64,000 nt of DNA, from NCBI RefSeq assembly GCF_964204645.1, contig NC_134026.1:7959950-8023949 (forward strand). Direction: 5' to 3'. A model generated the notes under the pieces. The model worked only from the letters and a program-made list of their open reading frames with translations, was not told where the DNA came from and ran no database searches. This document shows positions 39,301 through 51,547 of this stretch, in pieces; the first letter of the stretch is position 1, and every line of letters starts with the position of its first letter. Source of the DNA: Tubulanus polymorphus. Its lineage: Eukaryota; Animalia; Nemertea. The position numbers and the translations under genes were made by a program.

Positions 39301-41113
39301 ATTGGAGATCAAAATTCCAAATACACCGACGTAATACTAGGAAAAAGTTCGATTTAGAAATTGATAGATTCAAAACCCTAAAACGAAAATTTTCGGTCAA
39401 ATTGTCTGCACCAATCCTCTGGAATAAGCTACAAAATTCGCTTAAAGAAAAACCTAGTATTTATTCGTTTCGTCTTAGCTATAAACAAGAAAATTAACTT
39501 TAATAAATTATTTGACGCCTGCGAAAAAATGTAGAATTTCTGGTATAAGCTAATGTGGAATTGCAAATTTGAAATCGAAGTTTTAAGAAATTTCGGGAAT
39601 TATGAGATTTGGCGATTGGGTAGATGATACAGTCTTCGACTGGTCTAATAAAAAAAAAAATTGTCAACTTCTGACTTCGATTCACTTTTGCCTCTAAGCT
39701 GGTCTGCAACTTCATTGCCTCCATGGTTGAAGAAAGAGCTCTTCTGATGTCTGCTTCATCATGACTTGAGCATATATCGTGTAGCCAGCCAGCCCGGTCC
39801 TGGGGCCCGGTCTGGCTGTCACTTGATATCCTAGACTTGAGTCTGAGTAGAAGTAGACATTGTCATATAATTAACTTATTCATGTTATTCTGTATGAATT
39901 ACCCGTGTGTCTTGTATTTTCTTATTCTAAAATTTGTAAATGCATTGATTTTTGGAATTTTATCCCGGAATTTCAATGTAATAAGGATCAATAAAGTATT
40001 GAATTTAATTGTCACCTTATACACATGCCATCAGTGGACGCGGAGCCGTATATGACAGCTATGCTATTATAAATTGCTAATCTCATGAAACCTGCATACG
40101 TCTAATATCGAACATACTTTCTAAAACATTTGAATATTGAAATTATATGTTTACACGTTTTTATATAGACCGCTTGTAGCCGCCGATGAAATTCACGCCG
40201 GCCCAACTCAGATCGTAGATAGCTTCGTCATTCCACTAGCATCCCCATGTCAGGGTCTGACTTTTATATCAGACTTCCAAATCGTGTATACATCCGCCAT
40301 TTAACCGAATAATCCGATTTACTTATCATTTCTATTTATCCCTGCCGCCCCTGATATAATCATACATCCTTTACTATTACAATACGTCTTCTCATGATAT
40401 TCAATGCGATATAACATTTCAACGTTCAAATAGAGGTCATTACATAATCCCAGGGAGCCATTCTACATCTTTATCAATAATATTTTGCCAAATAGCTTGT
40501 ATGTGTACACATAAACCTGTGACGTTTTGCACATCGATTTACGGTTGTCGTTTGTAAAATGACGCTGAATGGTTATCATTGTTTAGGTTTCATAATGGTA
40601 ACGTTTTATAAGGCGTCAAAAAACTGAAGTTTTCCTTATAAAGCTATTTTGTGAGTTGTTTAGATGCTCCAATTATTCCTAATTCATCTATTTCTGTGTG
40701 GTGTGTTATTATGAACATGTGATCGAGTGTGTGTGAGGGGTGTGTGTGTTTCCGCGTGCATGCGTACGTCTGAGTGTGGTTTGAATGTAAGGGGCCTTGC
40801 ATGCATAAGCATTCTTTTGCTTCTCCAAGACCCTGCCCTTTTATTACAACATGAATATCACCATGGACGTATAGACTAGACCTTAACACTAGTCTATGCG
40901 CCCATGATGACACTTATATATAACAGTACCCTTGTATTCTTTTATAAAACTTTGTATGTATAATCGTGTTGTAATTCGAGGGAAAATAAAAGTTATTATT
41001 ATGATAACAAAAGTTTCGACAAAACCTATAGAATTTAAACATATAAAGGCACCCGGTCATTTGTTTAAATCACGTATATTATATCCTAAACGGCCCCTGG
41101 GACCGCTGGGGCT
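36379..41113. repeat. ~70-bp inverted repeats bracketing the LINE (36379-36445 and 41048-41113); third direct copy at 35560-35610
   Basis: CAG.GTCCC...TTTAGGATATAA.ATA.G.GATTTAA.CA.ATGACCGGG.GC in opposite orientations. Confidence 0.75.
36500..40005 (+). mobile_element. Decayed CR1-group (Crack/Daphne/L2-like) non-LTR retrotransposon, ORF2 only
   Basis: APE endonuclease motifs (NIRS, GGGVAI, YRPP, GDFN, PTR, DNIF, SDH) and RT motifs (YRPISVLP, QFGFR, DLSKAFDTV, GVPQGSILG, FADDT) across several frames; AATAAA at ~39990; no ORF1 seen. Confidence 0.93.
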
Positions 41114-42973
41114 CGAATTTCGTCACTCGTCAATTGAACTTCACGAAAGTAATAAATATTAAAGTATAAACTAGTTCTTGTGCGCGCTTACAATTTGCAT
41201 AATTTTCATTATGGAGCAATAAATCAAGTGTAATCTTTGAATTGTAATCGCATGGTAGATTCTCATGTCATTCTGCACTGTTATTGCGACTTTTAAGTTC
41301 CTCGTTGCTATTTACATAATGTATTCAATGCCCGTAATAAAGAAAAAACTAGACTTATTTACAGTGAATGGAATGCCATATGCAAAATGCCATGCCAGGC
41401 TGGCTTAATCGAACTAACCCCACTTATTCCATCCGCAACCTATACCAGTACTCAACTCGAATTGATCTGGGACCAGGAAATAACAACGAAAGCAGAATTC
41501 GAGTCGGGGTCGATCCTAACTGATTTGTTTGACGATCTAAATAAGAAGAAATTCCGTTAATATAGTGCTTGGTTTTGTCTCACTTTTTACCTCCAAAAAC
41601 GTATGGTACGCAAAAAATGTACAATCATAAACGCGTTTATGGTGCGAAAAAAATTTACAATCGTAAACGCGGCTTCAATGGCATTACCGCAGTGAACTAT
41701 TTGTGAAGTGAAAAAAGTAAACAACCAACTCAGCAACATGCTGAAATTCAACGATAGAAAATCAATAAACATGTGCACGGGCAACGGGCTACAGGGCCGT
41801 CGGAACAGGGGCGGCAGGGGCGGCTTCGGCCGCCCCACTTTTTTGCTTAACAAAAATTTTTTCAAAAGTACGCTGTACCGCGTAGCAGCTCGTCGTTGTC
41901 TGTACTAGGTGGTTGGCTCACGGCTTCTCATGCTTCTGTGAATGAGACCGTGAAATGGCCCCAAAACGCATCTCCAGCGATTGAATTTTCAAAATTTTTC
42001 AAAAATAAGCCTCGCCGCTGAAAAATTCCTTCCGACGGCTCTGATAATATCAAGAAATAGAAAATGTATCGCTTGAATTGCACAATGTAAAGTGGATCGT
42101 TCATGTAGGCTTCTACCACAGGGGCTCGTATTTGAAAATTGGGGGTGAACTCCTGGTACTGTAAAAAAATTTACCTGGGATACTGGATGATCTAAGTTAC
42201 AGTTCACCTCCAAACTTCAAAATACGAACCCCCGTGGTTACTACGTCGTAGGGCCTTTTTTAATTACTTGGAGTACGGATCCGCCTCCCAGAATAATGCA
42301 AAAATCATCAAATTGAATATTCTTAAATCACCCTTCGTGTTTTCATCACAAATTTTCAATAAACAATTTTTTTTAAATGTCCGCCCGTCATTGTCAATCT
42401 AGCAACGTGTTAAAGTTATGTTCATCTTAATTTTCAATTTCATGTTTTGCAAAATAATTTTTCTTTCATTTCTTCCATCATTTGAATAAAATTCATCACA
42501 ATTTTCACTACTTTTTTATTTTTTCTGTCTGTCGCCAGTGGAACTGCTGTAGTCTGTCACCAGTAGAGACTGTTTTTAAAATGATGCTTTTAAATTCCTG
42601 TTTGAATGGCGAAAAACTATGAATTGAAACAGAACTGTGATGTGCACTCGCTATGTGCTACAGGCATTTATTCATATTTCATTGAGTACAGAAAATATAA
42701 AAATTTCATAATTATATCTATATATATATATATATAAATTACATTTTGAATTTATAATGAAATCTTATTGGCTAATCGAATCAGCTAATCGGGAGTGTTT
42801 ATTTCAACATGCGTTAATTAGAAAAAACTGTTAAATGTTGCGTAATGTTTTACACCGAGCCCTCTATATTCTAATAACTACTGCGGTTCTAATATAAGAG
42901 TAGTCATAAGAAAGATAAACCATTAAAATAGTCAGCCTAACAAAGCAGCTTTAAGTCCAGTCTCGAATTTCGC

Positions 42974-43355
42974 TTACTTCCAAAACCACCAAAAACCGGA
43001 AACGACCATAATGAATAGCATTATATTCATCTTGTAGATAGCAGCACTGTTACAATAGGTCGGAGTTGTGCAGCAATACACAAAGACCGAGTTCGCATTC
43101 TCTCGCTCGGTGACGACTGTAGTAGATCTAGTGCAATCCTTGAAGCAACCTCGTATAAACACCGATTCTTTTAATGTCAGTTTCTAAAACGCACGGGCTT
43201 AGATATTGGGCTCGGATGTACTGGCATACCTGTACTGGGATACCCCTCCTTTCTAAAGGTTTGATTATTTCAAAAGTTAGGTTGGGTATGTGGGGCGAGA
43301 ACCACTTTAATGCGTAGCTAAGATGCTGGCCCATGAGCCATAAGCAGGATTTCCC
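42974..43355 (-). pseudogene. Ly6/uPAR (three-finger) GPI-anchored protein, copy 1, probably pseudogenised
   Basis: Last exon KLTLKESVFIRGCFKDC...VYCCTTPTYCN followed by a hydrophobic GPI-type tail; the upstream exon-equivalent (43521-43683) has stops. Confidence 0.65.
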
Positions 43356-44783
43356 CTGAATTTACGCGCTTATATATAAACAAAATTCTCGAATTTCTTG
43401 TTTTTACTATAGGATATAGAAGATTTTGGAATAGTGGTCTGAGCTCACCTGTACGTAGTTACCGCAGTCTCTCAGTCCGCACGAATTAACTAGATGTAGT
43501 GACAAAATGAAATGTACTTACTGATATAACAAAACAATTATTTGCTTATTTTAATTCCTTCAATTTTCTTATTAATTAAATGTCTTTTTCATATATTTAT
43601 AGCAAGCAGTTTCCATATTCCACTTATTATATTTCTTTTATTTTCGAGGACGAAAACTTTCAATACATTAGTGGGAAATCGGACTGAGGACGGATTAATG
43701 AATGACAAACAAATGAGAAGATACTAATAGTTAAGATGAAATAATAATACTTAAGATAAGACAACTTAAGTTGTCGTCTTTCACCAGTAGCTTGTCGTGT
43801 CTCAGTCCAATAGAACTGGATGTTTTAATCGCTATGTGCTACAGGCATTTATTTCATAGCATTACAGACAATGTAATGAACAGCATTTCAAATAAACCTT
43901 ATACAAATGAATTACATTTTTGAAATGATTGATTTATATATCGCGTGAAATGAAATAAATGCCAGGAGCAGATCCAGACGGGAGCGCAAGGAGCGCGTGT
44001 GCTCTCGTCGCAATATGCCTTTTAAAAAAATACAATGGCAATATTTTTCAGGGCATTTTTTTCACCCACAACTAATAAGACAGCAGTCCGAAGCACGAGA
44101 TTTAGCTCATATCCTCTTAAATGCCCCTCGAGTGCCTAGAAATTGTATGAAAATACACCGGAAAATTGTCCAGACATCTGTTTTGGCTTGGCGCTCGCTC
44201 TGTGCGGAACAATTCATGTGACTGAGTGTCGAGTCTTTGGTTTATAAGCTTAATATACAAACTAATATCAGAGACCCGGAATCCCAATGGCTGGGGTGTC
44301 ACGTGGTTCCACATCTCGTATAGTTTAAAATATGATTCACTTCCGGTTTGTAATATGGCGGCAACCAATGAATTGAAACAGAACTGTGATGTGCAGTTTT
44401 ACTCGCTAACGCTTAAGTACGGCATTTATTTTCTAGAGTACAGTAAATGTTAACAGCGTTAGAATAGCATGACTATAAATACAAGAAAAATACATTTTGA
44501 AGTTATTGATTTATCACGTGAAACGAAGAATCTATTTTCAAATCCGATTGGTTAATCAGCCAATTAGAAAAGTTAATTTCAACATGTGTTGATTTTATCG
44601 CGTCCAATAGAAAATAAATCATTTTGAAGAAAAATTCGTTAAAAAGTGTTGCGTAATGTTTTACACAGCCCTCTATATTCTACGGTATTCAACTATAAAC
44701 GTAATCATGGGATAGATAAAAAACGGGTTTAAGATATATGTAGTCCTAGTCTAACAAAGCAGCTTTAAGTCGAGTCTTGAATT

Positions 44784-46516
44784 TCACTCATTTCGCAAAA
44801 ACCACCAAACACCGGAAAAAACCATAACCAAGTGTATCATATTCATTTCGTAGTTGGCAGCACTGTTACAGTAGTCGAAATCAGTGCAGCAATGTACTTT
44901 GCTCAATTGATATTTCTCTCCTTCGCCGAGGATGTTCACTTCTTCACCGCAATTCTTGAAACAGCCTCGAAAAAACACTACTTCTTTGCCCGCATCTTCG
45001 TAAGTCAATTTCTTAAATATATGAGATACATGAATAAGTTTAAAATCGACTTCACCGGGGATGATTATTGTGAAATAAACTCATCACTTACCCCGCACTT
45101 ATAATCATCGCCAATACACTGTACTGTGAGCATTTTGTACATGTAATATTCGATTTGCCCGATAAGTGACGCTTTTAAATGTGGAGGATATATACTGCGT
45201 GCGCATTCTTTCGTGAAATACGGCTCTCTTCCGTCCTCTTCTTCGTCGTTAAATTGAAAACCCCCTGAATCAAATAGCAACGCATTTTTTACAATGTGAC
45301 GATATAAGCACTCATCCGTCTCTGGAAACATGTAGGCTAATACAGGGTGCAGGTGTCGGCTTGAAACCTGCACCACTCAGCCTGTACCACTCCTTTTCTG
45401 TACCACTGGGCCGGTGCTGCTTGCAGGCTGGGATGAACTCCAAAGCTATATTTCGAACTATCCACCACGTGTCAATAGCTCTATTTTAGTGCTTATTTCG
45501 TAAAAGCCATACATTATATAGTATATAACATATCAATACATTTTTAGATATGGTACATGATAATGGTCACCTGGGCAAAATGGCACAAAATGGCGCCTAG
45601 ACACTGGAAACTTCTTTATTAAAGACGTTTCCAGTTTCTAGGTGCCATTTTGTGGCGGTCCCTCGAAGTCCCCATTGTTGCGATATTTTGCGCTCATTTT
45701 TAAAACATAAGTTTTGATTGAATCTCATATAGCTCTGCAGTCCCTTGCTTGATTAACTTCATTTGTAAACCAATTGAAAGGAAATGAAATACAGATTTTG
45801 CCGGTGATTCTTGGATTTTTTGGATGCAACAATTAATAGCAGTGACGATGTGAAACCAAGGACCGCATATTTTAACCGCGCGTCAAAAAAGTGCGGTGCG
45901 CAGTGGGAGACCCCTTTGGCGCGTAATCTTAAACTCTATCGATTACAGATCAGTCCTCAGGAAATATTTAAAAAATTTCAACGCAGGCCAAAACTGCAAA
46001 TATCTTTCTTTAACCTCAGCAAAAATGGGAAATATAGCTTTAATGACCAGTTAAATATTTCAAAATCTATAAAATTCGCAATTTTTTGACGCGCGGTTGA
46101 AATATGCGGTCCTTGGTTTCACACCGTCACTGACTGCTCTTAATTGTTGCGTTCAAATGATCCAATAATCACCGGCAAATGTCTTCATTTCATTTCCTTT
46201 AAAATGGCGTACCAATAAAGTTAATCAAGCAAGGGACTGCAGAGCTATTTGATATGCAATCAAAACTTACGTTTTAAAAATGAGCACAATTATCGCAACA
46301 ATGGGGACCTCGAGGGACCGCCACAGAATGGCGCCTAGAAACTGGAAACTTCTTCATCACGAAAGTTACAGAATTTTGAATGTGACAAAAATGAAATGAA
46401 CTTACTGTCCGTAACGAATTTTTTCAATGTTTCGTACTATCCCTTGTATTTTTGCTTGTTTTTTTCATCAACCACGTATTCGCAAGATGCACAGGTCCTA
46501 TTTAGAGCAATTGTGG
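44784..46516 (-). pseudogene. Ly6/uPAR (three-finger) GPI-anchored protein, copy 2, one in-frame stop
   Basis: Exons 46406-46516 (ALNRTCASCEY, TAG at 46437-46439), possibly ~45369-45479, 45092-45264 (...QCIGDDYKCG), and 44784-45011 (KLTY...FFRGCFKNC...HCCTDFDYCN + GPI tail); intron 45012-45091 is gtaagt...ag. Confidence 0.7.
45627..46352. mobile_element. Foldback/MITE with ~270-bp inverted arms
   Basis: 45627-45895 is the diverged reverse complement of 46077-46352. Confidence 0.88.
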
Positions 46517-48383
46517 CTACAAACATGGAAGAGAGATGCATGTAACAAATCACGAGATCCCCGACGGTGGGCACTACGACCAGGCAGCCTGTTGAATGGA
46601 TCACGGTGTCTGTATCCCGGATCCGACTATGATATTATAATCAACGCGTTTCCAGTCCCACCTTAAAAAATTCGTTGGGTGATGCATGAAAAAAAATGAA
46701 ATAGGATGCAATGGATGCGCAAGTTGAAAGCTAAGATAGGATAGGATTCTACTAAAAGATTATAGGCCTATAGCAAATAAATAGGACCAAATATATACAA
46801 CCTGATGCATCTGTAACCTTGGTTTTAAACACCTAAAAATATAGAAAATTAATCTTTAAAAAAAACTTAAAAATCAAATTCATTTATATAGTTTTTGGCT
46901 TTATTTTTTTTTGATTCACTCACAGTAATCATTTCTCTAATGAATGATTGTCATGAACACAAGTTTTGATCTTAACTGATCTAAATATGATTAAAAACTG
47001 ATTATAATTTAGGATCACGTACAACGGGTCTGACCATCACATCCTTCAGGTACGGCGCCACCTATAAGTGTCTCATCGAATCGGTGTTTTTAAGAACCTC
47101 GAACAATCAAATATATGATTGTATGATTGATATAAAGCGCCGATCTTTATCGGGGCGGTCTTCAACCCGCATTACACACGAACCAGTTTCATTCAAGGGT
47201 CATCAAGTTTCTAAAACCGACCTTTCTCCAGTGCGACTTAGCCAGAAAAAAAGTTTTCGGATAAAAAAATTAATCTAGTTATTTCAAAAAGTCCGTTGCT
47301 GTTCGAACTTGCTTGCACGTCGGCTGCGGTGTCATGAGACCCACACGTTGATGCGCAGACGATCACGATGGCTGGACAAAGTCGATATTACAGTGTTCAG
47401 TAGCTAACATGTTGTACTCCTCCCTGACACGATGGTCCTACAAAGTTTGCTCAGCCTGGCTTATGTCGACAAGCGATGCGACGCCTAACTGACTAATACG
47501 TACCAGCGCGACTGAAAGCGGCCCATGTCGACTGCGCTCCAATTCCCAGCACTTAGCATGAAGAGCGGGTGCCAGCTTCCCTGATGTCGGTAATGATTAC
47601 TCCAAACTACGCCGACTCAGATGGTCACGTACGTGATAAGAATTTGAAAATAAATTTGAACTATTGCGAAATATATTGCACAGCTTTTTAAAACATTCTA
47701 TGCTATATATGATGCTATAATCAATACATCATAACACTTACCAAAACAGATGGAGCAGAAAGATCTTGGTGCCGCGGAAAAGGAAATGTCTTTCTCGCGA
47801 AGTTATGAAAAGAGATGAAAAAGATTCTTGCTATTAGCGTTCAAAATAACAATGGGATTTCTGCTGAATGAGCGTTAAGAAGAATGCGACTGTTGAAAAT
47901 ATAGGAACCAACTCTATTATCTATTTTTCCATTTTGAATTATAATAATCGTACAAAGTAATACAAATACAAAAATTCAAGATGGAGGGAAACATGAAGAA
48001 ACCTGTTAAGGTTTATATGATATTCATGCCACCCTCGTACACCCAATCACACTCTTTCACACCACATTCACACTGAAAATATTTAAGTGCCAGATGGCAG
48101 AGACTGGCAAGGTTATCGAAACATTAATTGAGAAGATACTGTTTGAGAGCACGTTGCGCGAATAGTGCTCGAATAATTTAATTGAAAATTTCTTTTCACT
48201 ATGATAAAAGATGCTGTTTTGCTATTCCGTAAATTCTGTTTCACAATCTGATATAGAATCTAACCTGATAAGGTAATGTTGGTCAATGTTTGGTGTTTTC
48301 ATGAAAAGTTTTGATTTTCTTTACGGAGTAATACCTCTCTTTTTGGGATAGATGGATTGTTGGCATCATTTTCTCTCGTTGGT

Positions 48384-48398
48384 GCTGCCCTCTGGTGG
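48384..48398 (-). promoter_or_regulatory. CTCF-consensus motif
   Basis: Minus strand reads CCACCAGAGGGCAGC; followed by CGGAAGT and CGTGGGAA motifs. Confidence 0.4.
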
Positions 48399-50344
48399 GT
48401 AACAAAAAAAGCGGAAGTAACGTCAGTGTTAGGGAACTCGTGGGAATTCGAGTAAGGTGATATGATGTGAAAAGGGCTGTTTTGAATTTCGTTTTATTAA
48501 GAAAAAAAGATCGTCGAAGCGTATGAAACCGGGCGTTTATGATATCTTGTCAAAAAAGTCAGAGCGTGACCTACATATTCCTCTCCGGGTCAGATTGTGT
48601 AACAAAACTGACAAAATATTGAAGCTGCATCTTTATCATTGTCCACAGACATCAATTAAATTGGTCGAGTAGTTTTCGCTCAGTAACAAAATTAGTCCAG
48701 CATTCAAAATTCGAGAACTCTAGTGGGAATCAATAACCTACATGACTAACCAGTAATATGGCAGTAACAGTCATTGAGAATTACAGAAACTTTTACTGAA
48801 CTCGCTAATATATCATCGACAAAATGTGTGTTACCTAACTTTTTTGTTCTGTGTATATTTGTTCTTCAAAAGTGTACGTTGTACCTATACTCTGTTTGTA
48901 ATTCAAGTATATAAACCAGTTTTTGTGCTCCTTTGGAATTTCTTGAATTTTACTGTGGAGCAATAAATTTAACGTAATATTTAAATTCTAATTGTATAAT
49001 AGATTTTGATGTCGTCTGCAATGTTATTCCCGTGACAAGGAAAACTCGACCTATTTACAGTGAAAAAACCCGAACTTTTCACAGGGAACTTCAAAAACAA
49101 CCCTAAACAATTGAATGGGTGCGGGGTCACGTGTTTGAAATTGACCAATCAGAAACTTCCATGGTGACATATTCTAGAAAAAAAACAAATCTTTTACGAA
49201 AATATCAAACACGAGATATTCAAAACTATTCAAAAAAGGTTGCAGCCCGTCGTGCAATAGGCAGACGGTTATTTGGAAAGAAAGTATTTGTTTAGGATTT
49301 ATGATAGACAATTGTTTGGGGGGACTAAAACATGAGCTAACAAAACTTACCCTGAACAAAGAACAGAACCAGTAAAAACATAATCTGTAACTGATCCATC
49401 CTGTTGTAGAGTCGTTAGTCACCTGTAGAACTGCCGTCGTCTGTCTCCAGTAAAACTGCTCGTCTGTCTCCTGTAGAACTGTCGTGTCACCAGTAGATCT
49501 GCTATCCTATATCACCAGTAGAATTACTGTCTTCTGTCCACGATAGAACTGGATACCTGTCACCTGACGCCTTTAAATTCCTGTTTGAAATATAGCGACA
49601 ACCAATGAATTGAAACAGAACTGTGATGTGCAGTTTTACTCGTAAGCGCTGAATACAGGCATTTATTTCATTGAGAAATAAACATTACAAACTCATACAA
49701 ATGAATTACATTATATTTGATTCAAATTCAAGCCTGAATTCAAAATCAAACCGAAATCGTGTGATTACTGTAAGGGTGATCTCATGCTCCTAGTTCATGT
49801 CAAAAGATCAGTACTTGCGATGAGAGAATTAAGTTGCTTAGGAGTAACAAGCCATGTTTAAACTGCCTTGGCAAAAACTTATTTATCGTCTTGTCATTGT
49901 ACGTAGGTTCTGAATTGAAGGTGAGCCAGGTAGCCGAAATGTTTTACTTGTTGACAATTCCGACGACTTCAAAAACAAATTCTGTTAAGACAGAATTCAG
50001 AATTAATTCCTTAGATAAATAAACTAGATTGGAAATTAAGCCATTGATGGTCCATAAGATTTTAACACCACTTAAGAACAAACTCTCACAGCGTTTTCTG
50101 AATTCATTTGCAAGATTTATAGTTAACTGTGAATAATATTAAATTCGCCAAAATCTACCACTATTTACTCAGATTTTGTGAAAGTTTACATTGTGAAATG
50201 TAAATGCAACTACATGTGATAACCATTCGACTTACATCAAAATCAGTTGGAAGCTTTTAGCAGAAGTAATTGGGAAAGTAGGGTTTCAGATCAGAGGTCG
50301 AAGGTCGAACACTCATCACCACAAGTAATTTTTTTTCCTTATAA

Positions 50345-50551
50345 ATGGAAGAGAATAAGACAGAACAAATTGATGTTAATGAAAATCAATATCATTGTCC
50401 ATATTGTAAAAAATACATTGATAAATCAAATAAACCTTACATGGAAAACGTTAGAAATTATATTGATTCACTAGAAATAAAAGATACAATTGAAATTTTA
50501 GAAATATTACGCAGTAAAATTGTGACACACATAAACAGTGAGTGCGCGTAA
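50345..50551 (+). CDS. Small hypothetical protein (single CPYC motif)
   Basis: ORF starts at TAAATG with a duplicated promoter block. Confidence 0.6.
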   Translation: MEENKTEQIDVNENQYHCPYCKKYIDKSNKPYMENVRNYIDSLEIKDTIEILEILRSKIVTHINSECA

Positions 50552-50690
50552 CAACAGCTGCGCGTGTGTTAACTGTACCCGGATAAATAGATGCTGTGAG
50601 GCTTGGGTGAGAACGGTTAATAGCGTGCTTGTTATATACAAGGGGAAGTAATCCCCACTCATCACCACAAATAATTTTTTTTCCTTATAA

Positions 50691-51017
50691 ATGGGAGATA
50701 GAAAAGCATTCTTAGCAACAATAAATAACAGAATAAAACCAGCAAAAAAACAATTTGAAATAAAAAAGTTAGTTGATGTTACAAAAGAAATTGAACATAA
50801 AATATTGAAATTAGAAAAGATAAAAACTAAATATGGAGAGAAAGTATCAGCTAATTTAAGCTACTGTAATGTTAGTACATCGCGAGAATTTAAAGTATTT
50901 TTACCTGATAAATGGGTTTCATTGAGTACAGAGGAATTAAAAGATTTAGAAGGATTTAAAATAATATATCATGGAAAAAATGAAGACGGCCATCATGATT
51001 TAGAAATTGTTGATTAA
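50691..51017 (+). CDS. Small Polinton-type protein, possibly OB-fold/ssDNA-binding
   Basis: KLEKIKTKYGEKV...FKVFLPDKW...IIYHG pattern recalled from invertebrate Polintons; TAAATG start; fold assignment is inference. Confidence 0.6.
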   Translation: MGDRKAFLATINNRIKPAKKQFEIKKLVDVTKEIEHKILKLEKIKTKYGEKVSANLSYCNVSTSREFKVFLPDKWVSLSTEELKDLEGFKIIYHGKNEDGHHDLEIVD

Positions 51018-51178
51018 ATTTAAAAAAATAAATTAATAAAAATAATGAATATCTAGAATCCGAAATGACTTATCTGGACAATTTAATTGCTCCGCATAGA
51101 TAGACAAAAGTAGTGAGATATTCAATTAATATTCAATTAATTAAAAAAAATTATTTTTTTTGCTTTTTTTCTAAAATT

Positions 51179-51547
51179 TTAATCCATTTTTTTTATTATC
51201 AATTTTGGAATTTCAGAAGTATTTTCATTTTTGATAGCAGTTGTTTCAGAATTATTAATATCATGAATTTTATTTGATTTCTTATACCAATTACACCCAA
51301 TCAAAATGAATACAATTACAAATCCAAATGTAAAATATAGACATTTATCAAATATTCTATTATCAGAAGGAGTAGAAATAACAACATTTTCACCATTTTT
51401 ATTAACATTTTTATTACTTATTTTTTCTTTTACAGCTTTTTTATATTCTTGTGATTTAATTCCTAATTGCCGAGACCATTCAATTTGTTTCTGAGTTCTC
51501 GGTTTTTTCTTCACAGTTAATTCCTTCACTTCTTTCACCTCGCTCAT
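51179..51547 (-). CDS. Basic protein with one transmembrane helix
   Basis: KKKPRTQKQIEW N-terminus; LYFTFGFVIVFILIGC; TAAATG start. Confidence 0.7.
   Translation of the reverse strand: MSEVKEVKELTVKKKPRTQKQIEWSRQLGIKSQEYKKAVKEKISNKNVNKNGENVVISTPSDNRIFDKCLYFTFGFVIVFILIGCNWYKKSNKIHDINNSETTAIKNENTSEIPKLIIKKMD

Noticed and set aside
45012-45091. Apparent frameshift between ORFs 45065-45376 and 44784-45008
   Set aside because: Explained by an 80-bp gtaagt...ag phase-0 intron joining YKCG to KLTY.
46700-50240. Short ORFs and possible transposase remnants
   Set aside because: No recognisable protein motifs or consistent splice structure by eye.
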